The notes under the pieces: model-generated
The model's input: the letters and a program-made list of their open reading frames with translations, nothing else
Databases searched by the model: none
What the model was told of the DNA's origin: nothing
Source: Dendrobates tinctorius
Lineage: Eukaryota
Assembly (NCBI RefSeq): GCF_039654945.1
Contig: NW_027361677.1
Location: 18,538,001 to 18,602,000, forward strand
Reading direction: 5' to 3'
Length of the DNA: 64,000 nt
Translations under genes and position numbers: made by a program
Shown here: positions 24,601 to 34,290 of the stretch, piece after piece
Position numbering within the stretch: the stretch's first letter is position 1
Layout of the letters: the number at the start of each line of letters is the position of its first letter

Positions 24601-27600
24601 ACTCTTCCCTATTTATGCAGGTAGCGGAAGAAGCTCCAAGCTTCGCTACGGACCTGAGGCAATTAATCAGGACGGAAATAAAAGCCCTATCAAAAGAAGA
24701 TTCTTCAAAAAGAGGACGGGCTACTGTTTCAGGCTCAGACTCTTCAGTCGGCCCTAGGAGGGAAGATATCTCCTCAGAGTCCTCGGCCTCCTCTTCTTCC
24801 TCCGAAGAAGATTCCAGCCGGTTCTGTTTTCCCTTGGACCATATCGATAAATTAATTAAAACCATAAGGTCAACCATGGGGGTAGAGGAAAAAAGACAGA
24901 ACTGTCTGCTCAGGACATTATGTTCTGGGGTCTAGACCCCAGAAAGCAAAGGACCTTTCCGTTAAACGAAAAAGTCCAGAACCTGATAGACAGGGAGTGG
25001 GAAAAAAGGGGTTCTATGCCGCCTGCTTTCAAGCGGAGGTACCCCTTTGAGGACCCAATAGTAAGTCGATGGGATAAGGCCTCCAAAAAGTCATCTATAC
25101 CCTTCGACGATATGGCCTCCCTTAAAGACCCCCTAGATAAAAAGGCAGATTCCTTTTTAAGGGGCACTTGGGAGATGTCAGCAGGCGCCCTAAGGCCAGC
25201 AATAGCAGCCACGTGCGCAGCCAGATCCATGATGGTCTGGCTGGATCAATTGGACTCCCAGCTAAAGGATGGGACCTCGCGAGCTTCCATCCGTAAGTCT
25301 CTTCCAATTATCCAAAATGCTGCTGCCTTTCTGGCAGATGCCTCGGCAGACTCTGTAAGAATGGCGGCCAGGTCTGCAAGCTTGTCTAATTTGGCCCGAA
25401 GAGCCCTCTGGTTGAAATGCTGGCCGGGAGATATCCAAGCCAGGTCCCGTCTCTGTTCTATCCCCTGTGAGGGTGAATACTTGTTCGGCCCCGTCCTAGA
25501 CGAACTGTTAGAGAAAGCCGGGGACGAGAAAAAGAAATTTCCGAGTCTGCCGAATATATCCTGGAGACGTCCCTTTTCTAGGAAAGGGTATTCCCGCAGG
25601 AGGCAGGCCAGAGATCAGAACAGATGGGACAACAAGAAAACCAGAGGTACGGGCTTCATGTTCGGAGGAGGGGGGCGCCAAGAAGGTCCATCACGGGATA
25701 ATAAGAAACCGCTCCAATGACTAGTGGCTCCAGTAGGAGGAAGATTATCTGCCTTCTACCCGGCCTGGGCCAGAATCTCAAATAGCAGCTGGATACTGGG
25801 GGTAATAGCTACAGGACTGCACCTAGAGTTCTCCTGCGTTCCCCAAGACCGGTTCAAGGTAACTCCGCTCAAATCTTCCCCGCTAGAACAAGCTGCCCTG
25901 GAAACCGAGGTCCTCGAGCTACTGGACAAAAAAGTCCTGACGAGAGTTCCAGAGGAAGAGAGGGGGAAAGGCTTCTATTCCCCCCTGTTCTTGGTCCGTA
26001 AACCGGACGACTCATTTAGGGCTATATTTAATCTCAAAGCCCTCAATAAATTTCTGGTCGTTCGACCATTTAAAATGGAAACAATTAACACCGCAATAAA
26101 AATGCTGTTTCAAAACTGCTTCATGGTGGTCCTAGATCTGAAAGACGCGTACTATCATATACCCATATGTCTAGCTCACCAACCTTTCCTTAGACTGGCG
26201 GTTCAGTTGGAGGGGTCAATCCAGCACTTCCAGTACGCGGTCTTACCCTTCGGGGTGGCAGTTGCACCCCGAGTATTCACCAAAGTGATGGCAGAGGTGA
26301 TGGCCCATCTGCGCGAATTAAATATTCTAGTCGTTCCCTATCTAGATGACCTCCTTATAATAGGCAGTTCAGCAGAGCAATGTTTAGAACAGTTACAGAA
26401 AACAACGGCGGCTCTAGAGCGGTTGGGATGGTTACTTAATATCAAAAAATCCCGTTTGCAGCCATTAAAAATTCAACAATTTTTAGGCCTAACCCTAGAT
26501 TCTAAAAAACAGGAATGCCGTCTGCCCCCAGAGAAGCTGCTGCACCTACATGGCCGGGTCCTGAACGCTTTCAACAACCCCTCCATGTCCCTCAGGAAAG
26601 CCATGTCCCTGTTGGGTTCCCTCTCGTCCTGCATTCCCGCGGTCCAGTGGGCCCAAGTTCATACGAGAACTCTACAGGGCGAAGTTTTGTGGTATCAGAG
26701 GTTTCTTGGGGATAACTTAGAAGGTCGACTGACCTTATCCAGAAACACAATAGAGTCCCTGGAATGGTGGCTAGAAAGAAATAACTTGTCTAGAGGGGTC
26801 CCTTGGGAGTATAACATTACCCGCGTGGTCACCACGGATGCAAGTCCTTCCGGTTGGGGGGCGCATATGGAGGGAATTCTGGTCCAGGGCCTATGGGAAC
26901 GGGATCAAATACAAATGTCTTCTAATTTAAAAGAATTGACAGCGGTAGCACACGCAGCTAAAGAGCTCCTTATGTATCTACAGGGCCATCACGTACGAGT
27001 TCTCTCGGACAATCGAGTGGCCGTGGCCTATATCAATCACCAAGGCGGAACTCGATCCAAAACTCTGATGAATGTGGCAGGACAGTTGTTCCAGCTAGCG
27101 GAGCGGCATTTTTTATCTCTCACGGCTCTTCACATAAGAGGGAAAGAAAACGTCGCGGCAGATTTCCTAAGCCGCAATCTGTTAAAACAGGGAGAGTGGA
27201 CCTTAAACACCTCCATTTTTGTTCAGATCATACAGAGATGGGGTCAACCAGAGGTGGATCTATTCACCACCAAAGAGAAATCAAAAACGAGACAGTTTTG
27301 CTCCCTAAACCCCAGGGAGATTCCTCTGGCAGTAGATGCGCTACTGATAAAATGGGACTTCAGGCTAGCCTATGCCTTTCCTCCCCTATCTCTACTTCCT
27401 CTGGTGTTGAGGAAGATCAGGAAGGACAAGGCAAGAGTCATAGTCATTGCCCCTTTCTGGCCCAGGAGAGCATGGTTCTCGAACCTCAGGATCATGTCGA
27501 TAGACGATCCTTGGGTTCTCCCGGACATCCCGGACCTTCTGTCCCAGGGCCCGGTCTTCCACCCTCAGGTGGCTGGCCTACATCTCACGGCGTGGAATTT

Positions 27601-30600
27601 GAGCGGTCACTCCTAAGGGGTAAAGGTTTCTCCCCAGACCTAATTGACACTCTACTAAAAAGTAGGAAAGTGGTGACAACTAAGATTTACGTCAGAATTT
27701 GGAAAAGATTCCTCCAAAGCTCAAATATAAATAATGACGATTCCGTCCCTATAGGCCAGATCTTGGAATTTTTACAAAAAGGGCTGGACCTGGGTCTCTC
27801 CACCAGTACCCTTAAAGTACAGGTATCTGCCTTAGGGGCCCTCTTTAGCTGCAACATCGCGGCTAATTACTGGGTCAATAGGTTTATCAAAGCAGCAAGT
27901 AGGTCCAGACCAATAGTAAAGAATAGACTCACGCCATGGGATTTGAACCTAGTCCTCACAGCTATGACAGAAGCGCCATTTGAGCCCATCTCGTCAGCCT
28001 CTATTAGGAGCCTGTCCCTCAAGATAGCTTTCCTGATAGCCATAACGTCAGCCCGTAGGGTAAGCGACATTCAGGCATTGTCTAGGCGCCCACCTTTTCT
28101 TCAGGTAAAAGAGGATAGGGTAATACTTAGACCTGACCCAGTGTATTTACCAAAAGTAGCCTCCAGCTTTCATAGGTCGCAGGAAATAGTCCTCCCATCC
28201 TTCCTCCCTAAGCCAACTAATGAGAAGGAGGAGAAGCTACACACTTTGGATGTTAGGAGATGCCTCTTAGAGTATCTAGCGGCTACCGATCCCTGGAAGA
28301 AGGACAATGCCCTCTTTGTCTCCTACCAAGGCCCTAGGAAAGGTCTTAGGGTGTCCAAAAGTACTCTAGCCAGATGGATTAGAAAAGCAATCTCGTTAGC
28401 TTATACCTCAAAAGGTAGAGTAGCTCCGGAGAAATTGAAGGCGCATTCCACCAGAGCCATGGCGACCTCGTGGGCCGAGAGATCGGAAGTCTCCATCGAC
28501 CAGATTTGTAAGGCGGCCACTTGGTCCTCTCCGAGCACTTTTTATAGTCATTATAGGCTAGACTTGGGTGCTTCTGCAGACCTCTCCTTCGGTATCAGGG
28601 TTTTGCAGGCTGTAGTCCCCCCCTAAAGTAGTGATTACTCTCTGTAATTCTCTCAGGTGGTGCTGTCATGGACGACCGAATAAAGTCTTAGTTACTCACT
28701 GGTTAACGGTATTTTTCTGAGTCCATGACAGCACCCGTATATTCCCTCCCTTAAATTTAATTGGGGTGTGCACGTCTATTTCTTGTATGCTCACTGGTGA
28801 TAAAAGTTTATAATTGTAAAGAATACTGTACATAAATCATGCATTAACCTTGGAAGTCCTCTTGTGCTCTGTAATCCAACTAATGCGTGGGAGAGGTGCC
28901 ACCCTTTTGTATCTTTAGGTTTCCTGTTCCTAAAGGGCGGATCCCCTCTCTCAGGTGGTGCTGTCATGGACTCCGAAAAATACCGTTAACCGGTGAGTAA
29001 CTAAGACTTTTCTCTCTAAAAGCTTCCTTCCACCTCCCGGGGCTCCATTTCACCTCTTGAGGCTCCTTTCACTCTCACTTCCACCTGCCGGGGCTCCCTT
29101 TGCTCTCCTTTCCGTCTTCTGGGGCTCCCTTCCCTCTCAAGGCTCCCACCTCCTCAGGTTCCCTTCCAAACCAACTCCCAGGGCTCCCTTCCACCTCCCG
29201 AGGTTCCCTTGGCTTGCTCTTCCACCACCTGAGACTCCATTCGCACTCCCTTCCACCTCCCAGGGCTCCCTTCACCCTTCTTTTCCCTCTCATGGCTCCC
29301 TTCCACCTCCTGGGGCTCCTTTCGCTCTCCCTTCCACCTACTGGGGTTCCGGAGTTCCTTTCGCTTTCCCATCTACCTCCTGGGCTCCATTCCCTCTTCC
29401 GGGGTTGCTTTCGCTCTCCCTTCCACCTCCTGGGGCTCCCTTCCCTCTTCCAGGGTTCCTTTCGCTCTCCCCTCCACCTCCTGGGGCTCCCTTCCCTCTT
29501 CCAGGGTTCCTTTCGCTCTCCCCTCCACCTCCTGGGGCTCCCTTCCCTCTTCCAGGGTTCCTTTCGCTCTCCGTTCCACCTCCCGGGGCTTCCTTTCCTT
29601 TCCCTTCCTAAGGACATAATTAACATCAGGAGTAGGTGAGGGCAGCAGCACCTATCACTTCCTCCAGACATCTTGATTTTTCAGAAGGAGAGGAAACTGA
29701 AGGCAGTGCTGATCGGCATTGCATGTACCTGCACCAATACAACTGGAACAGCGCCGCCACCGGAGGAGAGGATAGGTTTTTATTTTACTGGGGGAAATTA
29801 CTAACAGGGATTCAGAAGGGGTGGTCCGGGTAGTGACTCTGTGCCCCCCGTGCTGGCGGTATTCACTAATGCTCTGCACGCACCTTTCCGTACTCCAGAG
29901 AATAGGACACTGACTCCGTCGGACCCGGTAACTTGCCCTTTTTCCGAATCAACACAAACCCAATTCCAAGTCTTTGTGCCAGTGCCGGACCGAAGAGAAA
30001 CCCGCGGGCGTCCAGACCTGGAAGAGGGGATGCCGGGTAATAGTTACCGTATTTTTCGGACTATAAGACGCACCCCAATTTTCAGAAGGAAAATAGGGAA
30101 AAAAAATAATAATGTGTCAAATGGGGGTCCGTCTTACAGTCCGAATTCAGATTACCTGGGAAGGGATCTGGCACAGGTGGAGAAGTAGACACAGGGGTCA
30201 TTCAGTGGTCCAGGCTTGTGCGGTGGCGGCGGCTCTGTGCTGGGGCAGCTGCGCTGGGGCAGGGGCAGCTGTGCTGGGGCAGCTGTGGCAGGGGCAGGTG
30301 GGCTCTGCGGTTGTGGCAGCGCTCTGCGGTGCGGTGGTGGCAGCGGGCTGTGCTCCGATGCAGGGGCGGCAGCTCCGCCGGCGTATCTTCGCAGCCCAGA
30401 GGCCCCCGCACACCCCTTGCTGGGCTCCGCCATGTTGCGGTGGCCTCCGGGAGCATGGACGCCGGCAAGATGGCCGCCGGTCCGGGGACAGCGCATGCGC
30501 AGCTTCAGATCTCGTGCCGAGATCTCGGGGGACGAGATTCAAATCTCGGCAACGAGATCTCGTCCCCCGAGATCTTGGGACGAGATCTGAAGCTGCGCAT

Positions 30601-32574
30601 GCGCCATCCCCGGACCGGCGGCCATCTTGCCGGCGTCCATGCTCCCGGAGGCCACCGCAACATGGCGGCGCCCAGCAAGGGGTGTGCGGGGGCCTCCGGG
30701 CTGCGAAGAAACGCCGGCGGAGCTGCCGCCCCTGCACCGGAGCACAGCCCGCTGCCACCATCGCAGAGCCTCGCCCGCTGCCACCACCGCACCAGGTACC
30801 GTGCATTGCGACCATAAGACGCACCCCCCACTTTCCCCCAAAATGTTTGGGGAAAAAAGTGCGTCTTATGGTCCAAAAAATACTGTATGTACTTCACACA
30901 CGAGAAGAAGCTGCCGGACCCAGAGTGTTATGAATGGGTCACCGAGGAGGAGAGCGCAATAGGTTATGCCACCAGAACACCAGAGAGGTTGGTCGCTCAG
31001 CGGATTGCAGACGCCTGATCTTAACAACACAACTAGCAGTAGCCGTGGAGCGTTCCTACGTTGCCCTAGACGCCTCGTCACAGCCTGGAGGACTAACTAA
31101 ACCTAAAGACAGAAAGGTGAAATCTAAACTGCCCCGGAGCAGACCCCAAAGGAATAGACAGCCCCCAAACAAATATTGTCGGTGAGACAAGATTAAGAAC
31201 AAACACAGACAGAAAATAGACTGAGCAAATGATGGGTCCCACACTGACTAGACAGGACAGAAAAGGCAACTGTCTGCAATCACGCAAAAACCCTAACAAT
31301 TCCAACAGGACTGATGTACAAAAATACTGAGGTTTGCACAAACCTCGCCCCCACTATATCAGCGCTCAGGTGTGAACTGGCGGCTAGCAACAGGCTAATA
31401 CAGCAGGAGACTGAGCAAACAAACACAAGATACAAAAATACAGGGCAGGAGCAAGCTGACCCCTGACAGCAAGGCAAAAATCAGATGCAAAGGGTTTAGC
31501 AAATGACACTTAGCTGAAAAATGCAGGATCAGGCAGGAGACAGAAATCCTCAATAAGCAAAGAAAGGAGTATCACCGGCAGTCACTGAGAGAAGTCTGCT
31601 TGCTTATGTAGTCCCAGTCACTACCACCACTCCTCCAATTATCTTCTGCAGCTGTTGGGCTAACATCATGATGACCAGCTCCACTACCAGCAGTATCCAC
31701 CAGAGGGAGCCCTGTCTCAAAAGTCAGATTAAGAGAGTTCACAACACCAGAGATTTAGGAGGAGACATTTTTTAATCATGACTTCCTGCGAATCCATAGC
31801 ACCCAACCCCAAACTATAGCTTGCCTTACTCACCGTCCCTCAGTCCAGTCAGTGAGCTCAGCGATTGTCTACGTGACAGCGGTGACTGGAGCAGTGCGGG
31901 AGAGTCTGAGCTGGACTGCAGAAATTTGTCTACCCCTTTAACCTCTGGATAAGGTGAAGGCAGAGGGAAGCCATATTGCCCCCCATCCCCCACCCGCCTG
32001 GCGCTCCCTTACCAGCGATCAGATCGATCTTTGGAAAGTTTTCTCGGAGGTAGTTCTCAAACAGGTCGATGGTGGCGGAGAACGCGGCGGGGTCTTTAAG
32101 AACTGGAGTGATGTCCCTGGAAAGTGAGAATCGGAACAAACACGCATAACGCATAGCCATTGGTACCTTTGTTAAAGGCAATGTTTGGGGGAGGCGAGGG
32201 GTTAAAGGTGTCATCAAGGATATTTAGAAAGTGGCAGGAAGTAACATCTACCGCCATTGGTGGTCGTCGCGGTGATGACATCACATACTGTGATCGTATT
32301 TTTTTTATTATTCCCACCAGTAACAGAAATAAAAAAAAAATCCTAATTATCTACATACTGAAATATAATGTATGCATATTATGCAAATTAACTGGTAATT
32401 AGGCTCTAATGTTCCAGCAGCGGAGCTTCGCCATTACTATGCCCGGACTCTGCCCCCCGCTTCTCAGGATCACAGACCAGGAGACACCGACCTGAAGCAG
32501 ATCCCGGGGGAGGGGAAGTCCGGGAACTCCCGCACCGATCGCCGCAGCACTGCCCGCCGATCCTCCACACTCAT
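21500..32574 (-). CDS. APRT: Adenine phosphoribosyltransferase, spliced gene (5 exons, 180 aa)
   Basis: Exons 32574-32492, 32116-32013, 30017-29884, 23276-23198, 21642-21500 total 543 nt; motifs [45 protein letters not shown]-binding [13 protein letters not shown]. Confidence 0.97.
22892..23085 (-). mobile_element. CR1 LINE 3' fragment
   Basis: AGAATCATAGAATC tail and GTTGGAAGGGACCTC...GGTCCAACCCCCTGCTC typical of CR1 3' ends. Confidence 0.75.
23198..23276 (-). CDS. APRT: APRT exon 4
   Basis: [26 protein letters not shown]. Confidence 0.96.
24217..25720 (+). CDS. DIRS-B gag-like ORF1, predicted spliced (24217-24381, 24443-24550, 24621-25720 with a 1-nt frameshift near 24890)
   Basis: Zinc finger CALC...CQSC, then [11 protein letters not shown] and [10 protein letters not shown] motifs also recognisable in DIRS-A gag. 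Confidence 0.75.
25724..27616 (+). CDS. DIRS-B pol: reverse transcriptase, RNase H and Dam-like methyltransferase domain
   Basis: Open 630 codons; [34 protein letters not shown]...YAFPP...APFWP. Confidence 0.95.
   Translation: MAPVGGRLSAFYPAWARISNSSWILGVIATGLHLEFSCVPQDRFKVTPLKSSPLEQAALETEVLELLDKKVLTRVPEEERGKGFYSPLFLVRKPDDSFRAIFNLKALNKFLVVRPFKMETINTAIKMLFQNCFMVVLDLKDAYYHIPICLAHQPFLRLAVQLEGSIQHFQYAVLPFGVAVAPRVFTKVMAEVMAHLRELNILVVPYLDDLLIIGSSAEQCLEQLQKTTAALERLGWLLNIKKSRLQPLKIQQFLGLTLDSKKQECRLPPEKLLHLHGRVLNAFNNPSMSLRKAMSLLGSLSSCIPAVQWAQVHTRTLQGEVLWYQRFLGDNLEGRLTLSRNTIESLEWWLERNNLSRGVPWEYNITRVVTTDASPSGWGAHMEGILVQGLWERDQIQMSSNLKELTAVAHAAKELLMYLQGHHVRVLSDNRVAVAYINHQGGTRSKTLMNVAGQLFQLAERHFLSLTALHIRGKENVAADFLSRNLLKQGEWTLNTSIFVQIIQRWGQPEVDLFTTKEKSKTRQFCSLNPREIPLAVDALLIKWDFRLAYAFPPLSLLPLVLRKIRKDKARVIVIAPFWPRRAWFSNLRIMSIDDPWVLPDIPDLLSQGPVFHPQVAGLHLTAWNLSGHS
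27196..28626 (+). CDS. DIRS-B tyrosine recombinase, overlapping the 3' end of pol
   Basis: Catalytic R (SARRVSDI), HSTR, AATW, FYSHY; ORF open. Confidence 0.93.
   Translation: MDLKHLHFCSDHTEMGSTRGGSIHHQREIKNETVLLPKPQGDSSGSRCATDKMGLQASLCLSSPISTSSGVEEDQEGQGKSHSHCPFLAQESMVLEPQDHVDRRSLGSPGHPGPSVPGPGLPPSGGWPTSHGVEFERSLLRGKGFSPDLIDTLLKSRKVVTTKIYVRIWKRFLQSSNINNDDSVPIGQILEFLQKGLDLGLSTSTLKVQVSALGALFSCNIAANYWVNRFIKAASRSRPIVKNRLTPWDLNLVLTAMTEAPFEPISSASIRSLSLKIAFLIAITSARRVSDIQALSRRPPFLQVKEDRVILRPDPVYLPKVASSFHRSQEIVLPSFLPKPTNEKEEKLHTLDVRRCLLEYLAATDPWKKDNALFVSYQGPRKGLRVSKSTLARWIRKAISLAYTSKGRVAPEKLKAHSTRAMATSWAERSEVSIDQICKAATWSSPSTFYSHYRLDLGASADLSFGIRVLQAVVPP
29020..29610. repeat. Pyrimidine-rich minisatellite (CCACCTCCTGGGGCTCC...TTTCGCTCTCC, ~52-bp higher unit)
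   Basis: Visible tandem units directly after the DIRS-B right end. Confidence 0.85.
29884..30017 (-). CDS. APRT: APRT exon 3
   Basis: [45 protein letters not shown]. Confidence 0.96.
30047..30885. mobile_element. Tc2/pogo-like non-autonomous element with a long internal palindrome
   Basis: TA-CCGTATTTTTCGGACTATAAGACGCAC ... GTGCGTCTTATGGTCCAAAAAATACTG-TA; GC-rich arms ~30336-30540 and ~30555-30760 are reverse complements. Confidence 0.85.
30926..31746. mobile_element. Solo LTR
   Basis: TGTTATGAA...TTCACAACA termini, flanked by direct repeat CCAGAG. Confidence 0.8.
32013..32116 (-). CDS. APRT: APRT exon 2
   Basis: [34 protein letters not shown]|GTAAGG. Confidence 0.95.
32492..32574 (-). 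CDS. APRT: APRT exon 1
   Basis: [30 protein letters not shown] donor. Confidence 0.92.
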
Positions 32575-32579
32575 TCTTC

Positions 32580-32700
32580 TTCTTAACGGAGCACGTGATC
32601 GCCCCCTGACGTCATCACTGCGCGACCGGCAGACCCACGTGTGACGGCGGAAGCCGCCATCTTGGCACACCCGCGACACCCTGGGATCGAACGCGCCGAG
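32580..32700 (-). promoter_or_regulatory. APRT CpG-rich promoter (E-boxes, CRE, ETS, YY1)
   Basis: CACGTG twice, TGACGTCA ~32607, CGGAAG, GCCGCCATCTTG ~32653 immediately upstream of the ATG. Confidence 0.65.
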
Positions 32701-32774
32701 CAGAGCAGATTCTTCTTGTTAGTTTACATTAGGAAGAGTAAATAATACCCATCTGTGACCCCTATAAATCATAT

Positions 32775-33560
32775 TAATACCCCACATCATTGACAGCTAT
32801 AATAATACCCCACATCGCTGTCATCCATAATAATAATCTCTCACATTGGTGACATGTCTAATAATACCCCACATCATTGACTTCTATAATAATAATACCC
32901 CACATCGGTGTCATCTATAATAATAATCTCTCACATTGGTGACATGTATAATAATACCCCACATCATTGACTTCTATAATAATAATACCCCACATCGGTG
33001 TCATCTATAATAATAATCTCTCACATTGGTGACATGTCTAATAATACCCCACATCATTGACTTCTATAATAATAATACCCCACATCGGTGTCATCTATAA
33101 TAATAATCTCTCACATTGGTGACATGTCTAATAATACCCCACATCATTGACTTCTATAATAATAATACCCCACATCGGTGTCATCTATAATAATAATCTC
33201 TCACATTGGTGACATGTATAATAATACCCCACATCATTGACTTCTATAATAATAATACCCCACATCGGTGTCATCTATAATAATAATCTCTCACATTGGT
33301 GACATGTCTAATAATACCCCACATCATTGACTTCTATAATAATAATACCCCACATCGGTGTCATCTATAATAATAATCTCTCACATTGGTGACATGTATA
33401 ATAATACCCCACATCATTGACTTCTATAATAATAATACCCCACATCGGTGTCATCTATAATAATAATCTCTCACATTGGTGACATGTATAATAATACCCC
33501 ACATCATTGACTTCTGTAATGATAATACCCCACATCGGTGTCATCTATAATACCACACAT
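32775..33560. repeat. 90-bp tandem repeat built of three ~30-bp subunits (~8.5 copies)
   Basis: Period 90 at 32861, 32951, 33041 ... 33491. Confidence 0.95.
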
Positions 33561-34203
33561 CAGCACTTCCTACCTTCTCATTGTTTCCCATAAGAGGCGC
33601 TCCATTGATTTCTGATCCAAGATGTCCGTCATATTGGGCCCCTTTCTCCGCTTCAGACCTTCATAAACTCACTACCCCTAGCATTACACACAGAACGCTT
33701 TTGGAGCAGATTGAAGCTTTTATTAATCAATGTGTATGACTGGCGCATGACTGTGTGCACACTGAGCACATAGATCAGTCCCAGTGATCGGCTCCTGTCA
33801 AAACTTGTGCAATAAAATAAGAGTTCAAGTGGCCGACGGCGTCCAATCAAGCTGCTGTTCTTCTGTTACCTGCAGTGACATCTGGAAAACTTTTGTCCCT
33901 CTTGTCTGCTCCAGTTTTTACACTGGAGACCCTTATTCACTTGGCCGAGTCGACCATTCCTGTGTAAGGCGGAGATAGTTGTCGGCTGAACGATTAGCCG
34001 ACAACTAATGTGTATCTGGGTCTCTACCCATTCTAGATGTCACTCACGTGACCTGATTGGTTCCCTTTTAAAATTGTGTTATCCTATTGAGACTAGTCCT
34101 CAAATTTCCACCAAACCATCACTACAAGCCCATTACAGTTCATTATGGGAACTGAGGAAAAGCGGTAGGAATCCAGTAAGTGTCAGGACAGCGTGGACCC
34201 TCA

Positions 34204-34290
34204 TCAGTGGGGCCACACACATTTCCAGGGTTTTGATTGTGGAGGGTTGAGGCACCTTCCGAGCTTTTCACATCCAGGGGGCGACCAGTT
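34204..34290 (-). CDS. GALNS: GALNS coding exon 14
   Basis: [28 protein letters not shown]; minus-strand AATAAA at 33719-33724. Confidence 0.95.
   Translation of the reverse strand, partial: NWSPPGCEKLGRCLNPPQSKPWKCVWPH

Larger units (their letters stand above)
23518..29010 (+). mobile_element. Near-intact DIRS-type retrotransposon (DIRS-B) in APRT intron 3, antisense to APRT
   Basis: TTT termini; left ITR ~23518-23625, ICR ~28650-28735, right ITR ~28878-29010; gag, RT/RH/MT and YR ORFs. Confidence 0.97.

Noticed and set aside
24886-24897. Programmed -1 frameshift in DIRS-B gag
   Set aside because: GAG GAA AAA AGA does not fit X-XXY-YYZ in the reading frame; a homopolymer deletion is simpler.
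29057-29671. Pro-rich and Arg/Glu-rich ORFs
   Set aside because: Translation of a low-complexity minisatellite.
30112-30933. 200-270 aa ORFs on both strands
   Set aside because: Artefact of a GC-rich palindromic MITE; the mirror peptides reflect the inverted repeat.
32775-33560. CRISPR-like regular repeat spacing
   Set aside because: No unique spacers, no cas genes, and a eukaryotic context; it is a plain tandem repeat.
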